NCBI GenBank assembly: GCA_000146045.2
Contig: BK006938.2
Location: 960,001 to 1,024,000 of the forward strand
Direction of reading: 5' to 3'
From: TPA_inf: Saccharomyces
Taxonomy: Eukaryota
Length of the DNA: 64,000 nucleotides
Every line of letters starts with the position of its first letter. Positions within the stretch are counted from its first letter, which is position 1. Both the position numbers and the translations under genes were made by a program. Of the stretch, positions 21,462-33,952 are shown piece by piece. The notes under the pieces were generated by a model that did not search any database, had not been told where the DNA came from, and was given only the letters and a program-made list of their open reading frames with translations.

Positions 21462-22778
21462 ATGGAATCCCAACAATTACATCAAAATCCACATTCTCTA
21501 CATGGTAGCGCCGCTGCTTCGGTTACTTCTAAGGAAGTCCCATCAAATCAAGATCCGTTAGCCGTTTCAGCTTCCAATTTACCGGAATTTGATAGAGATT
21601 CCACTAAGGTTAATTCTCAACAAGAGACAACACCTGGGACATCAGCTGTTCCAGAGAACCATCATCATGTCTCTCCTCAACCTGCTTCAGTACCACCTCC
21701 ACAGAATGGACAGTACCAACAGCACGGCATGATGACCCCAAACAAAGCTATGGCCTCTAACTGGGCACATTACCAACAACCATCTATGATGACGTGTTCA
21801 CATTATCAAACGTCACCTGCGTATTATCAACCGGACCCACACTATCCGCTGCCACAGTATATCCCACCGCTGAGTACTTCCTCACCTGATCCAATCGATT
21901 CACAGAATCAACACTCTGAAGTACCTCAAGCTAAGACAAAGGTGAGAAATAACGTCTTACCACCACACACTTTAACATCAGAAGAAAACTTTTCTACATG
22001 GGTTAAATTTTACATCAGATTTTTGAAGAACTCTAATCTCGGTGACATAATTCCAAATGACCAGGGTGAAATCAAAAGACAAATGACTTATGAAGAACAT
22101 GCGTATATATACAATACCTTCCAAGCATTTGCCCCATTTCATTTATTGCCAACATGGGTAAAACAAATTTTAGAAATTAATTATGCTGACATCCTTACAG
22201 TCCTTTGTAAAAGTGTGTCCAAAATGCAAACTAACAATCAAGAATTAAAGGATTGGATAGCTCTTGCCAACCTTGAGTACGACGGAAGTACATCTGCTGA
22301 TACATTTGAAATTACAGTCAGTACGATCATTCAGAGGCTAAAAGAAAACAATATCAATGTTAGCGACAGATTGGCCTGTCAACTAATACTTAAAGGTCTA
22401 TCCGGTGATTTCAAATACCTACGTAATCAATATCGTACCAAAACGAACATGAAACTTTCCCAATTATTCGCTGAAATTCAATTAATATATGACGAAAATA
22501 AAATCATGAATCTAAATAAACCGTCCCAATACAAACAACACAGCGAATACAAAAATGTTTCTCGCACATCTCCAAACACGACTAACACGAAGGTTACAAG
22601 TCGTAATTATCATAGAACAAATAGTTCAAAACCAAGAGCAGCAAAAGCTCACAATATTGCTACATCCAGTAAATTCTCAAGGGTGAACAATGATCACATT
22701 AATGAATCAACCGTTTCATCACAATACTTAAGCGATGACAACGAACTTAGTCTTAGGCCAGCAACAGAAAGAATCTAA
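21462..22778 (+). CDS. Ty2 TYA (Gag), 438 aa
   Basis: [26 protein letters not shown]... The ATG lies inside the 5' LTR. 438 aa is typical of Ty2 (Ty1 is 440). Confidence 0.9.
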
Positions 22779-25700
22779 GCCAACACGCACAATAGACTCG
22801 AATGACGAACTACCTGATCACCTTCTTATTGATTCAGGAGCTTCGCAAACGCTTGTCAGATCAGCCCATTATTTACACCATGCAACACCCAATTCTGAAA
22901 TAAACATAGTCGATGCTCAAAAACAAGACATTCCTATAAATGCCATTGGTAATCTTCACTTCAACTTTCAGAACGGCACCAAAACATCAATAAAAGCACT
23001 ACACACACCAAACATAGCCTATGATCTATTAAGTTTGAGTGAGCTGGCTAACCAAAATATTACTGCCTGCTTTACCAGAAACACTTTAGAAAGATCGGAT
23101 GGTACAGTACTAGCTCCCATAGTCAAACATGGAGACTTTTACTGGTTATCTAAAAAATACCTAATTCCTTCGCACATTTCAAAGCTAACAATAAACAACG
23201 TCAACAAAAGCAAAAGCGTAAATAAATATCCATATCCGTTAATACATCGAATGCTTGGACATGCTAACTTCCGAAGTATTCAGAAGTCTCTTAAGAAGAA
23301 TGCAGTTACATATTTGAAAGAATCGGATATTGAATGGTCTAACGCTAGCACATATCAATGTCCTGACTGTCTAATCGGCAAAAGCACGAAACATAGGCAT
23401 ATCAAAGGATCACGACTAAAGTACCAAGAATCATATGAGCCTTTTCAGTACTTGCATACCGATATATTTGGTCCTGTACATCACTTACCGAAAAGTGCAC
23501 CTTCTTACTTTATATCGTTTACAGATGAGAAAACCAGATTCCAATGGGTCTACCCATTACACGACCGTCGTGAAGAATCTATCCTCAATGTTTTTACATC
23601 GATATTAGCATTTATTAAGAACCAATTCAATGCTCGCGTTCTAGTTATCCAGATGGATCGTGGCTCCGAGTACACTAACAAAACTCTTCATAAGTTCTTT
23701 ACGAACAGAGGTATTACTGCATGCTATACAACCACGGCAGATTCTAGAGCACACGGTGTCGCTGAACGATTAAATCGTACTTTATTAAACGATTGTCGCA
23801 CACTGCTTCATTGCAGTGGTCTACCAAATCATCTATGGTTCTCAGCAGTCGAATTTTCTACTATAATCAGAAATTCATTAGTCTCACCAAAAAACGATAA
23901 ATCTGCAAGACAACATGCAGGTTTAGCTGGACTGGACATTACTACTATACTACCTTTCGGTCAACCGGTTATAGTTAACAACCATAATCCCGACTCGAAA
24001 ATACATCCTCGTGGCATTCCAGGTTACGCCTTACATCCGTCACGAAACTCTTATGGCTATATTATCTATCTTCCATCATTAAAAAAGACAGTAGATACTA
24101 CCAATTACGTTATATTACAAGACAACCAATCCAAATTGGACCAATTCAATTATGATACACTCACCTTTGATGATGATCTCAATCGTTTAACAGCCCATAA
24201 CCAATCTTTTATTGAACAAAATGAAACGGAGCAGTCATATGATCAAAATACAGAATCTGATCATGACTATCAATCGGAGATTGAAATAAACTCTGATCCT
24301 CTAGTGAACGATTTCTCGTCCCAATCATTGAACCCTTTACAATTAGACAAGGAACCAGTCCAAAAGGTACGTGCACCAAAAGAAGTTGATGCCGACATAT
24401 CTGAATACAATATTCTTCCATCTACTATACGATCTCGTACACCCCATATCATTAATAAAGAGAGTACCGAAATGGGTGGTACCATTGAATCAGATACTAC
24501 TTCACCTAGACACTCGTCTACCTTCACTGCACGAAACCAAAAGCGACCTGGTAGTCCCAACGATATGATTGATTTGACCTCACAGGATAGAGTTAATTAT
24601 GGACTTGAAAACATCAAAACTACACGTTTGGGTGGTACGGAGGAACCATATATTCAACGAAATAGTGATACAAATATCAAATACAGGACTACAAATAGTA
24701 CGCCCTCAATAGATGACCGTTCGTCCAACAGTGAATCCACTACTCCCATCATCTCCATAGAAACAAAGGCTGTATGTGATAATACACCCTCCATTGATAC
24801 GGATCCGCCAGAATATCGATCTTCTGACCATGCGACTCCTAATATAATGCCTGACAAATCCTCAAAAAATGTTACGGCTGATTCTATTCTTGACGACCTC
24901 CCACTTCCTGACTTAACTAATAAATCTCCTACGGACACTTCTGATGTTTCAAAAGATATTCCACACATACACTCTCGTCAGACTAATTCCAGTTTGGGTG
25001 GTATGGATGATTCTAATGTTCTGACTACTACCAAAAGTAAGAAAAGATCATTAGAAGATAATGAAACTGAAATTGAGGTATCCCGAGACACATGGAATAA
25101 TAAGAATATGAGAAGTCTGGAACCACCAAGATCGAAGAAACGCATAAATTTAATTGCAGCAATAAAAGGAGTGAAATCGATCAAACCAGTTCGAACGACC
25201 TTAAGATATGATGAAGCAATTACATATAATAAAGACAACAAAGAAAAAGACAGATATGTTGAAGCTTATCATAAAGAAATTAGCCAACTATTGAAAATGA
25301 ACACTTGGGATACAAACAAATATTATGATAGAAATGACATAGATCCTAAAAAAGTAATAAACTCAATGTTTATATTTAACAAGAAACGTGATGGTACACA
25401 CAAAGCTAGATTTGTTGCAAGAGGCGACATTCAACACCCCGATACATATGATTCTGATATGCAATCCAATACCGTACATCACTATGCACTGATGACGTCA
25501 TTGTCAATCGCATTAGACAATGACTATTATATCACACAGCTGGACATATCCTCTGCTTACTTATATGCTGATATCAAAGAAGAATTATACATAAGACCTC
25601 CACCACATTTAGGTTTGAATGATAAGTTACTACGTTTGAGAAAATCACTCTATGGTTTGAAACAAAGTGGTGCAAACTGGTATGAAACCATTAAATCATA

Positions 25701-26775
25701 TTTAATAAATTGTTGCGACATGCAAGAAGTTCGCGGATGGTCATGCGTATTTAAGAATAGTCAAGTAACAATTTGCTTATTCGTTGATGATATGATATTA
25801 TTCAGCAAAGACTTAAATGCAAATAAGAAAATCATAACAACACTCAAGAAACAATACGATACAAAGATAATAAATCTGGGTGAAGGTGATAACGAAATTC
25901 AGTACGACATACTTGGATTAGAGATCAAATATCAAAGAAGCAAGTACATGAAATTAGGTATGGAAAAATCCTTGACAGAAAAATTACCCAAACTAAACGT
26001 ACCTTTGAACCCAAAAGGAAAGAAACTTAGAGCTCCAGGTCAACCAGGTCATTATATAGACCAGGATGAACTAGAAATAGATGAAGATGAATACAAAGAG
26101 AAAGTGCATGAAATGCAAAAGTTGATTGGTCTAGCTTCATATGTTGGATATAAATTTAGATTTGACTTACTATACTACATCAACACACTTGCTCAACATA
26201 TACTATTCCCCTCTAGGCAAGTTTTAGACATGACATATGAATTGATACAGTTCATATGGAATACGAGAGATAAGCAATTAATATGGCACAAAAGCAAACC
26301 TGTTAAGCCAACAAATAAATTAGTTGTTATAAGCGATGCATCGTATGGTAACCAACCGTATTATAAATCACAAATTGGCAACATATATTTACTTAATGGA
26401 AAAGTGATTGGAGGAAAGTCGACAAAGGCTTCGTTAACATGCACTTCAACTACAGAAGCAGAAATACACGCAGTCAGTGAAGCTATACCGCTATTGAATA
26501 ACCTCAGTCACCTTGTGCAAGAACTTAACAAGAAACCAATTATTAAAGGCTTACTTACTGATAGTAGATCAACGATCAGTATAATTAAGTCTACAAATGA
26601 AGAGAAATTTAGAAACAGATTTTTTGGCACAAAGGCAATGAGACTTAGAGATGAAGTATCAGGTAATAATTTATACGTATACTACATCGAGACCAAGATG
26701 AACATTGCTGATGTGATGACAAAACCTCTTCCGATAAAAACATTTAAACTATTAACTAACAAATGGATTCATTAG
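22752..26775 (+). CDS. Ty2 TYB (Pol: protease-integrase-RT-RNase H), expressed as a TYA-TYB fusion by +1 frameshift
   Basis: CTT-AGG-C slippery heptamer at 22752-22758 in the TYA frame. The +1 frame stays open to 26775. Integrase HHCC/DDE and RT YVDD (FVDDM) motifs are present. Confidence 0.85.
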
Positions 26776-27134
26776 ATCTATTACATTATGGGTGGTATGT
26801 TGGAATAAAAATCAACTATCATCTACTAACTAGTATTTACGTTACTAGTATATTATCATATACGGTGTTAGAAGATGACGCAAATGATGAGAAATAGTCA
26901 TCTAAATTAGTGGAAGCTGAAACGCAAGGATTGATAATGTAATAGGATCAATGAATATTAACATATAAAATGATGATAATAATATTTATAGAATTGTATA
27001 GAATTGCAGATTCCCTTTTATGGATTCCTAAATCCTCGAGGAGAACTTCTAGTATATCTACATACCTAATATTATAGCCTTAATCACAATGGAATCCCAA
27101 CAATTACATCAAAATCCACATTCTCTACACGTCT

Positions 27135-27149
27135 ATCAACTAATAGTTA
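27135..27149 (+). repeat. Middle fragment (15 bp) of the older solo delta, lying between the Ty2 and Ty1 insertions
   Basis: ATCAACTAATAGTTA continues the LTR sequence that was interrupted at 21170. Confidence 0.65.
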
Positions 27150-27533
27150 TGAGATATATGTGGGTAATTAGATAATTGTTGGGATTCCATTGTTGATAAA
27201 GGCTATAATATTAGGTATACAGAATATACTAGAAGTTCTCCTCGAGGATTTAGGAATCCATAAAAGGGAATCTGCAATTCTACACAATTCTATAAATATT
27301 ATTATCATCGTTTTATATGTTAATATTCATTGATCCTATTACATTATCAATCCTTGCGTTTCAGCTTCCACTAATTTAGATGACTATTTCTCATCATTTG
27401 CGTCATCTTCTAACACCGTATATGATAATATACTAGTAACGTAAATACTAGTTAGTAGATGATAGTTGATTTTTATTCCAACATACCACCCATAATGTAA
27501 TAGATCTAATGAATCCATTTGTTTGTTAATAGT

Positions 27534-30500
27534 TTAAATGTTTTTATCGGAAGAGGTTTTGTGTTTGTGCCATATTAATTGTTTATCTCTAGTGTCCCAC
27601 ATGAATTGTATTAACTCATATGTCATGTCTAAAACTTGCCTAGAGGGGAATAGTATATGTTGAGCAAGTGTGTTGATGTAGTATAGTAAGTCAAATCTAA
27701 ATTTATATCCAACATATGAAGCTAGACCAATCAACTTTTGCATTTCATGTACCTTCTCTTTGTATTCATCTTCATCTATTTCTAGTTCATCCTGGTCTAT
27801 ATAAAGACCTGGTTGACCTGGAGCGCTAAGTTTTCTTCCTTTTGGATTCAAAGGTACGTTTAATTTGGGTATTTTCTCAGTTAATGAGTTTTCCATACCT
27901 AATTTCATGTATTTACCTCTTTGATATTTGATTTCTAAGCCAAGTATGTCATATTGAATTTCCTCATCACTTTCGCCTAGATTTATAATCTTGGTGTCGT
28001 ATTGCATCTTAAGCTTCTCTATAATTCTTTTGTTTGAATTTAGATTTTTGCTAAACAATACCATATCATCTACGAATAAACAAATTGTCACTTGACTGTT
28101 TTTAAATACGCATGACCATCCACGAACTTCTTCCATACCACATTGTTGTATCAGGTATGATTTGATAGTTTCGTACCAGTTCGCTCCACTTTGTTTCAAT
28201 CCATAAAGTGATTTCTTCAAACGTATCAACTTATCATTCATTCCTAAATGTGGTGGAGGTCTTATGTATAATTCTTCTTTGATGTCTGCATACAAATATG
28301 CCGAAGATATGTCTAATTGTGTAATATAGTAGTTATTGTCTAATGCAAGTGACAGGGATGTCATTAATGCATAGTGATGTACGGTATTGGATTGCATGCC
28401 TGAGTCGTAAGTGTCAGGATGCTGAATATCACCTCTTGCAACAAATCTAGCTTTATGAGTACCGTCACGTTTCTTGTTGAAGATAAACATTGAGTTTATT
28501 ACTCTTTTAGGGTCTATTTCTTTTCTGTCATAATATTCGTCAGTGTCCCAAGTTTTCATCTTCAACAGTTGATTGACTTCTTTGTGGTATGCCTCGATAT
28601 ATTTTTCTTTTTCTTTAATATCTTTATTATAGGTGATTGCCTCATCGTATCGTAAGGTTGTCCGTATTGGTTTGATTGATTTTACTGCTTTTACAGCTGC
28701 AATCAGGTGAATTCGTTTCTTCGATCTCGGAGGTTCTAAACTACGCATATTCTTAGTATTCCATGTGTCTCGTGATACCTTAATTTCAGTTTCATTATCT
28801 TCTAATGATCTTTTCTTACTGTTGATAGTAGTATAGGCATTAGAGTCACCAATACCACCCAAACTGGAATTAGTTTGACGAGAATTTATCGGTGGGAGTT
28901 CTTTAAATGGGTCAGGGAATTCGGTAGGAGATTCTGGAGGTAGATCAGGGAGTGGGAGATCAGCGATGATAGATTCCTCGGTATTCTGTTCAGAAACAGT
29001 AGTTGGCGTTTTGATAGGAACAATATTGTGCGATGAATTATTTTCCGGTGGAGAAGCATCGATTGAAGGTGAACGGTGTATAATCCTTTTCTCAGTCTCT
29101 TGGTCACTTATCTGCGGAACAGTTTTGTTGTTGGTACCACCCGTACTGGATATTGGTACGTTTGTATGATTAGTCTCATTTTCACTGTACGAGTCTGAGT
29201 GTCTGAAATCTTTAGATTTACTGGCGTGCGACGACTCATGTGTGTTAGATTGGGACATGGGAGCAAGTAAAGGAACATTTAATTTATGCATACCACCCGA
29301 ACCGGTACTCTCGATATTGGAAATTTGGGGGGTGCTAGATCTCTTCTTTGATGGAAGAATATTAGATTCAGATATGTTGGGGTCAACTTCTCTGGGTGCG
29401 CGAATATTGGTTTTAGAAACACGTTTCGAATCTTCAGTATGAGTTGACGGAGGTGTGGAATCGGTTGGACTCACAGCTTTTGAAAGGACATTTCTCGGTT
29501 GCTCAGGATGTAGTTCAATGTCGGATTGGAAGTCATGGTCAGATTCTATGTTAAGATCATTGGATTCTTGGATCTCATTTGACGCAATGAACGAATGATA
29601 TGAAGCAGTTAAACGGTTTAAGTCTTCATCGAAAGTGAGTGCGTCGTAATTGAATTGATCTAATCTGGATTCCTTGCCCTGAAGAATAACATAGTTAGTT
29701 GTATCTACTGTCTTCTTTAAGGATGGAAGATAGATGATATATCCATAAGAGTTTCGAGACGGATGTAGAGCGTAGCCTGGGATGCCACGAGGATGTATTT
29801 TGGAGTTAGGGTTGTGATCATTGACGATAACAGGTTGACCGAAAGGTAACAAAGTACTGATATCAAGTCCTGCCAAGCCAGCATGTTGTCTTGCAGATTT
29901 TTTGCTTTTAGGTGAAGCTAGTGAATTTCTCACAATAGTAGAAAATTCGATTGCAGAGAACCATAAATGGTTCGGTAAACCACTACATTGCAGTTGAGTA
30001 CGGCAGTCATCTAATAAGGTACGGTTTAGCCGTTCAGCGACTCCATGTGCTCGGGAATCCGCTGTGGTTGTATAGCATGGAGTTATACCATTTTTTTCAA
30101 GGAATTTATGGAGAGTTCTGTTAGTATACTCAGAACCACGGTCCATTTGTATAACCAAGACACTGGCCTGAAACTGGTTTTTAATAAAAGCTAGTATCGT
30201 AGTAAAAACATCGAGGATAGAGTCCTCGCGACGGTCGTGTAATGGATAAACCCAACGGAATTTTGTTGTCTCATCAGTAAATGAGATGAAATAGGATGGT
30301 GCACTATTTGGTAGGTTGTGAACTGGACCAAATATGTCAGTATGTAGGTATTGAAAGGGTTCGTATGAATTTTGGTATTTTAGTCGTGAACCTTTGATAT
30401 GTCTGTGTTTGGTGCTTTTGCCGATTAAACAATCAGGACATTGATAGTCAATAGCACTAGACCAGTCGACATCTGATTCGTTAAAATACGTGATGGTGTT

Positions 30501-31046
30501 ATTTTTAAGTGAGTATCGAATTGTCTGTGCATTGGCATGCGCAAGCATTCGATGAATGAAAGGATAAGGATATTTGCGTGTACTTTCACTTGTATGGACA
30601 TTATTGATGGTGGGTACGGAGATATTTGATGGAAGCAAGTACTTTTTAGATACCCAGTAAAAGTCTCCATATTTTACGATAGGTGCAAGTACAGTGCCGT
30701 CAGACCGTTCTAAGACGTTTTTGGTAAAGCATGCTGTGATATCTACTGCAGCCAATTCATTCAAACTGAGTAAGTCATAGGCTATGTTAGGAGTGTGCAA
30801 TACCTTTATTGATGTTTTGGTGTTGTCCTGGAAGTGAAATTGTAGGTCACCAATAGCGTTAATTGGTATATTTCTTTTTTGAGCATCAACTACGTTTATG
30901 TCAGGATTAGATGATGCTGAGTGTATGTGATGAGCAGATCTTATAAGGGTTCGTGATGCTCCTGAATCGAGAAGGAGGTGTCCAGGGAGTTCATCATCAG
31001 AATGATTAGTATGATTTACTGTAGATTCAGTAAGTTTCTGGCCTAA
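27534..31046 (-). pseudogene. Ty1 TYB, truncated: an internal ~430-bp deletion removes the RNase H region and shifts the frame
   Basis: CTTAGGC frameshift heptamer at 31040-31046. The frame is open to a stop at 27534, ending ...[14 protein letters not shown]. The intact Ty2 copy continues ...[26 protein letters not shown]... for about 170 more residues. The TTG at 30800 used by the ORF track is not the real start. Confidence 0.8.
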
Positions 31047-32349
31047 GATGAAGGTCGTGCTTATTGTTCAATTGAATCGGTTCAGTAGTTGATTTACTGA
31101 TGGAATCGTTGTCCGTGCTGGGAGAGTTATTAGATGTGGATACATTGTGAGCCCTGGCTGTTTTCGATTTCGAATTATTTGTTTTTTGAGGATTCCGAGC
31201 TATAACTTTGGGTTTGGTTGTATTCGTATAGCTGCGAGAATCATTCTTCTCATCACTCGGATTTCTCCTGTAATTAGGTTTACTGTTTCTCGATCCCTGT
31301 TGTTCTTCATAAATAGCATGGATATCTAAGAACAGTTCAGCGACTGTCATATTTAGATGTCGATGACGTGTGTAGCGTAAAAATTTATATTCGCCAGATA
31401 GACCTCTCATAATTAATTGGCATGCGACCTTGTTATTGATATGAATGCCATTATTGTTCAGTCTGTCGATAATGTTTGTGACTTTTGTTTCAAATGCATC
31501 TGCAGGTGTACTGCCATTATATTGCAAATTTGCCAGGGTCACAATGTCGTTTGCCTCTTGGGTATCAGATTGCATTTTTTCAATACTTTTGGAAAGAATT
31601 TTCATGATATCCGTATAATCAACGGATAGGATGTCTTTGACCCAGGTAGGTAGGAATTGAGAGGGAGCAAATATTTGAAAAGTGTTATACAAGAAGGTGA
31701 GTTCATCATCAGTGATCTGACGTACGGGTTTTCCGTTTACTGTCGGAATAATACCACCGAGATTCGAGTTTTGTAAAAATTTGATGTATGTTTTAACCCA
31801 ATTTGGAAAGTCATTAGGTGAGGTTAACATTGGTGGTGGTCTGACATATTTTTTAGTGGATGTCATATCAGAGTCCGCTGAGGATGAATCAGTAAATGTA
31901 TTACCTGACTCAGGTGATGGAGTGCTCAGAGGCGTTCCAACTGATGATGGATACTGCGGAAACTGTGATTGTGGCCCAGGTGGAAAGTACATAGGCGACA
32001 TTTGATAAGGTGTATACGGAATCATAGATGGGTGTCCGTAAAATGACCAACCAGATGGATTGGCTTGGTTTTGGGTCATCATGCACTGCTGTGGGTACGG
32101 CCCATTCTGTGGAGGTGGTACTGAAGCAGGTTGAGGAGAGGCATGATGGGGGTTCTCTGGAACAGCTGATGAAGCAGGTGTTGTTGTCTGTTGAGAGTTA
32201 GCCTTAGTGGAAGCCTTCTCACATTCTTCTGTTTTGGAAGCTGAAACGTCTAACGGATCTTGATTTGTGTGGACTTCCTTAGAAGTAACCGAAGCACAGG
32301 CGCTACCATGAGAAATGGGTGAATGTTGAGATAATTGTTGGGATTCCAT
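31027..32349 (-). CDS. Ty1 TYA (Gag), 440 aa
   Basis: [42 protein letters not shown]... 440 aa. The ATG lies inside the 5' LTR. Confidence 0.9.
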
Positions 32350-32642
32350 TGTTGATAAAGGCTATAATATTAGGTATACAGAATATACTAGAAGTTCTCC
32401 TCAAGGATTTAGGAATCCATAAAAGGGAATCTGCAATTCTACACAATTCTATAAATATTATTATCATCGTTTTATATGTTAATATTCATTGATCCTATTA
32501 CATTATCAATCCTTGCGTTTCAGCTTCCACTAATTTAGATGACTATTTCTCATCATTTGCGTCATCTTCTAACACCGTATATGATAATATACTAGTAACG
32601 TAAATACTAGTTAGTAGATGATAGTTGATTTTTATTCCAACA

Positions 32643-32826
32643 AGTTATATTATCAATATATTATCATATACGGTGTTAAGATGATGACATAAGTTATGAG
32701 AAGCTATCATCGAAGTTAGAGGAAGCTGAAGTGCAAGAATTGTTTCATATGTGATTTATGAACATTTAGCATGATTTATTGTCATATTGAGGTATGGTAT
32801 GTCGATGATAAAACAAATCCAACAAT
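32643..32826 (+). repeat. 3' portion of the older solo delta LTR (diverged and truncated), directly upstream of tG(GCC)
   Basis: AGTTATATTATCAATATATTATCATATACGGTGTTAAGATGATGACATAAGTTATGAGAAGCT... is colinear with the delta-variant sequence after the 15-bp piece at 27135-27149. It ends in ...AAATCCAACAATT. Confidence 0.7.
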
Positions 32827-32831
32827 TGTGA

Positions 32832-32902
32832 GCGCAAGTGGTTTAGTGGTAAAATCCAACGTTGCCATCGTTGGGCCCCCGGTTCGATTCCGGGCTTGCG
32901 CA
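32832..32902 (+). tRNA. tG(GCC): tRNA-Gly (anticodon GCC)
   Basis: GCGCAAGTGGTTTAGTGGTAAAATCCAACGTTGCCATCGTTGGGCCCCCGGTTCGATTCCGGGCTTGCGCA, followed by a T6 Pol III terminator. Confidence 0.92.
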
Positions 32903-33133
32903 CTTTTTTAGCAACTATTAGCGATCAATATGAAGGGTTTAGAGACTAGGTGCCTGCCTCGCCTACTCAGCATTCGTTCAGTCAATATTTTATATCACCG
33001 TTAATAATGATTAAGCAGTTTTTTTTGTTAATAAATCCGGTCATCGGGCTAACTAATCTTCAAGAACAACTAGACGGTCATCCCCTTTTGCTTCATAACT
33101 TCTCCTTATAATATAAAAACTTACAAAACGACC

Positions 33134-33952
33134 ATGATATTCAATCTACCTGTTAGTGTGCTGCTTTATTTTTCTTTGATATGGGCAATGGAGCCTAGTT
33201 TCGTAAGAGGTAAGAACGTCGTCAACTTAATTACTTTCAAAGATTCAAATGGCAAGCTGCACAAGCGGTTAGCACCAGAGGAAATACCGCCCCGGCTACA
33301 TAATTCTCAAGTAAATTCTTATCCATTAGGATATAAGGGAATGCGTGACTTTTCAAGACCCGCAGTGAATTTAGATGATATTTTAGGGACACAGCAAAGA
33401 AAGCAGCAAGAGTTTTTGGCTGAATTGTCTCCTTTATCCTTAGAATCAAAGTTGTCATTAGTGAACGAGGTCCAAATATTTGCAAGCTATGTGCGAAATG
33501 ATGTTGAAACATATAACAAAGTAAGTGACCCCAACGAAGATTTGATTATTATTGCACCAACGAACAGGGCTGTCTCTCAGCTTACTTTAAAACCGTGGCA
33601 ATTTCCGAATAATATTGATAAGCTTGAAAGTGATGGTGCCACCGAGAAGGAACTTGATACGGCAATACAAGAGAATATCTCCAAATTTGTGAGATCTCAT
33701 ATTGTAGTGTACAATGATGATAAAAATTCCTACAAGAAGGTGAGTCCAGGATGTACGCTCCTGCAGAGTATTGACTTCACAGAAAGCAAGAAAAGCGATT
33801 CGGAAACTGGTGGTGATATTTTACTCAAAAAAGAAGGAGAAGTATATTATGTAGCTTCCTCCAGAGACGAGAAATTTCATGCCGTCGAGAGCATTGAAAA
33901 TGGAAGCAATGGTGTTATTTTGATGGTTGATTTCACCCTGGTGGGTCCTTAG
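33134..33952 (+). CDS. YDR262W, secretory-pathway protein of unknown function, 272 aa
   Basis: 272-aa ORF with an N-terminal hydrophobic signal-like segment (MIFNLPVSVLLYFSLIWA). Its position matches YDR262W. Confidence 0.65.
   Translation: MIFNLPVSVLLYFSLIWAMEPSFVRGKNVVNLITFKDSNGKLHKRLAPEEIPPRLHNSQVNSYPLGYKGMRDFSRPAVNLDDILGTQQRKQQEFLAELSPLSLESKLSLVNEVQIFASYVRNDVETYNKVSDPNEDLIIIAPTNRAVSQLTLKPWQFPNNIDKLESDGATEKELDTAIQENISKFVRSHIVVYNDDKNSYKKVSPGCTLLQSIDFTESKKSDSETGGDILLKKEGEVYYVASSRDEKFHAVESIENGSNGVILMVDFTLVGP

Larger units (their letters stand above)
21171..27129 (+). mobile_element. Full-length Ty2 LTR retrotransposon (5959 bp)
   Basis: Two apparently identical 332-bp LTRs (21171-21502, 26798-27129) with TG...CA termini. 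TYA is 438 aa (the Ty2 length). TYB is open for 1346 aa. It is flanked by a CGTCT direct repeat. Confidence 0.9.
27150..32642 (-). mobile_element. Ty1 LTR retrotransposon with an internal deletion (5493 bp), tail-to-tail with Ty2
   Basis: 334-bp LTRs at 27150-27483 and 32309-32642. TYA is 440 aa (the Ty1 length). Flanking AGTTA direct repeats at 27145-27149 and 32643-32647. The element is about 430 bp shorter than a full Ty1. Confidence 0.9.

Noticed and set aside
24209-25241. Several 70-104-aa antisense ORFs inside Ty2 TYB, and similar ones inside Ty1 (28886-29442, 31147-32005)
   Set aside because: Antisense chance frames within a long coding sequence. Ty Pol is a well-defined single ORF.
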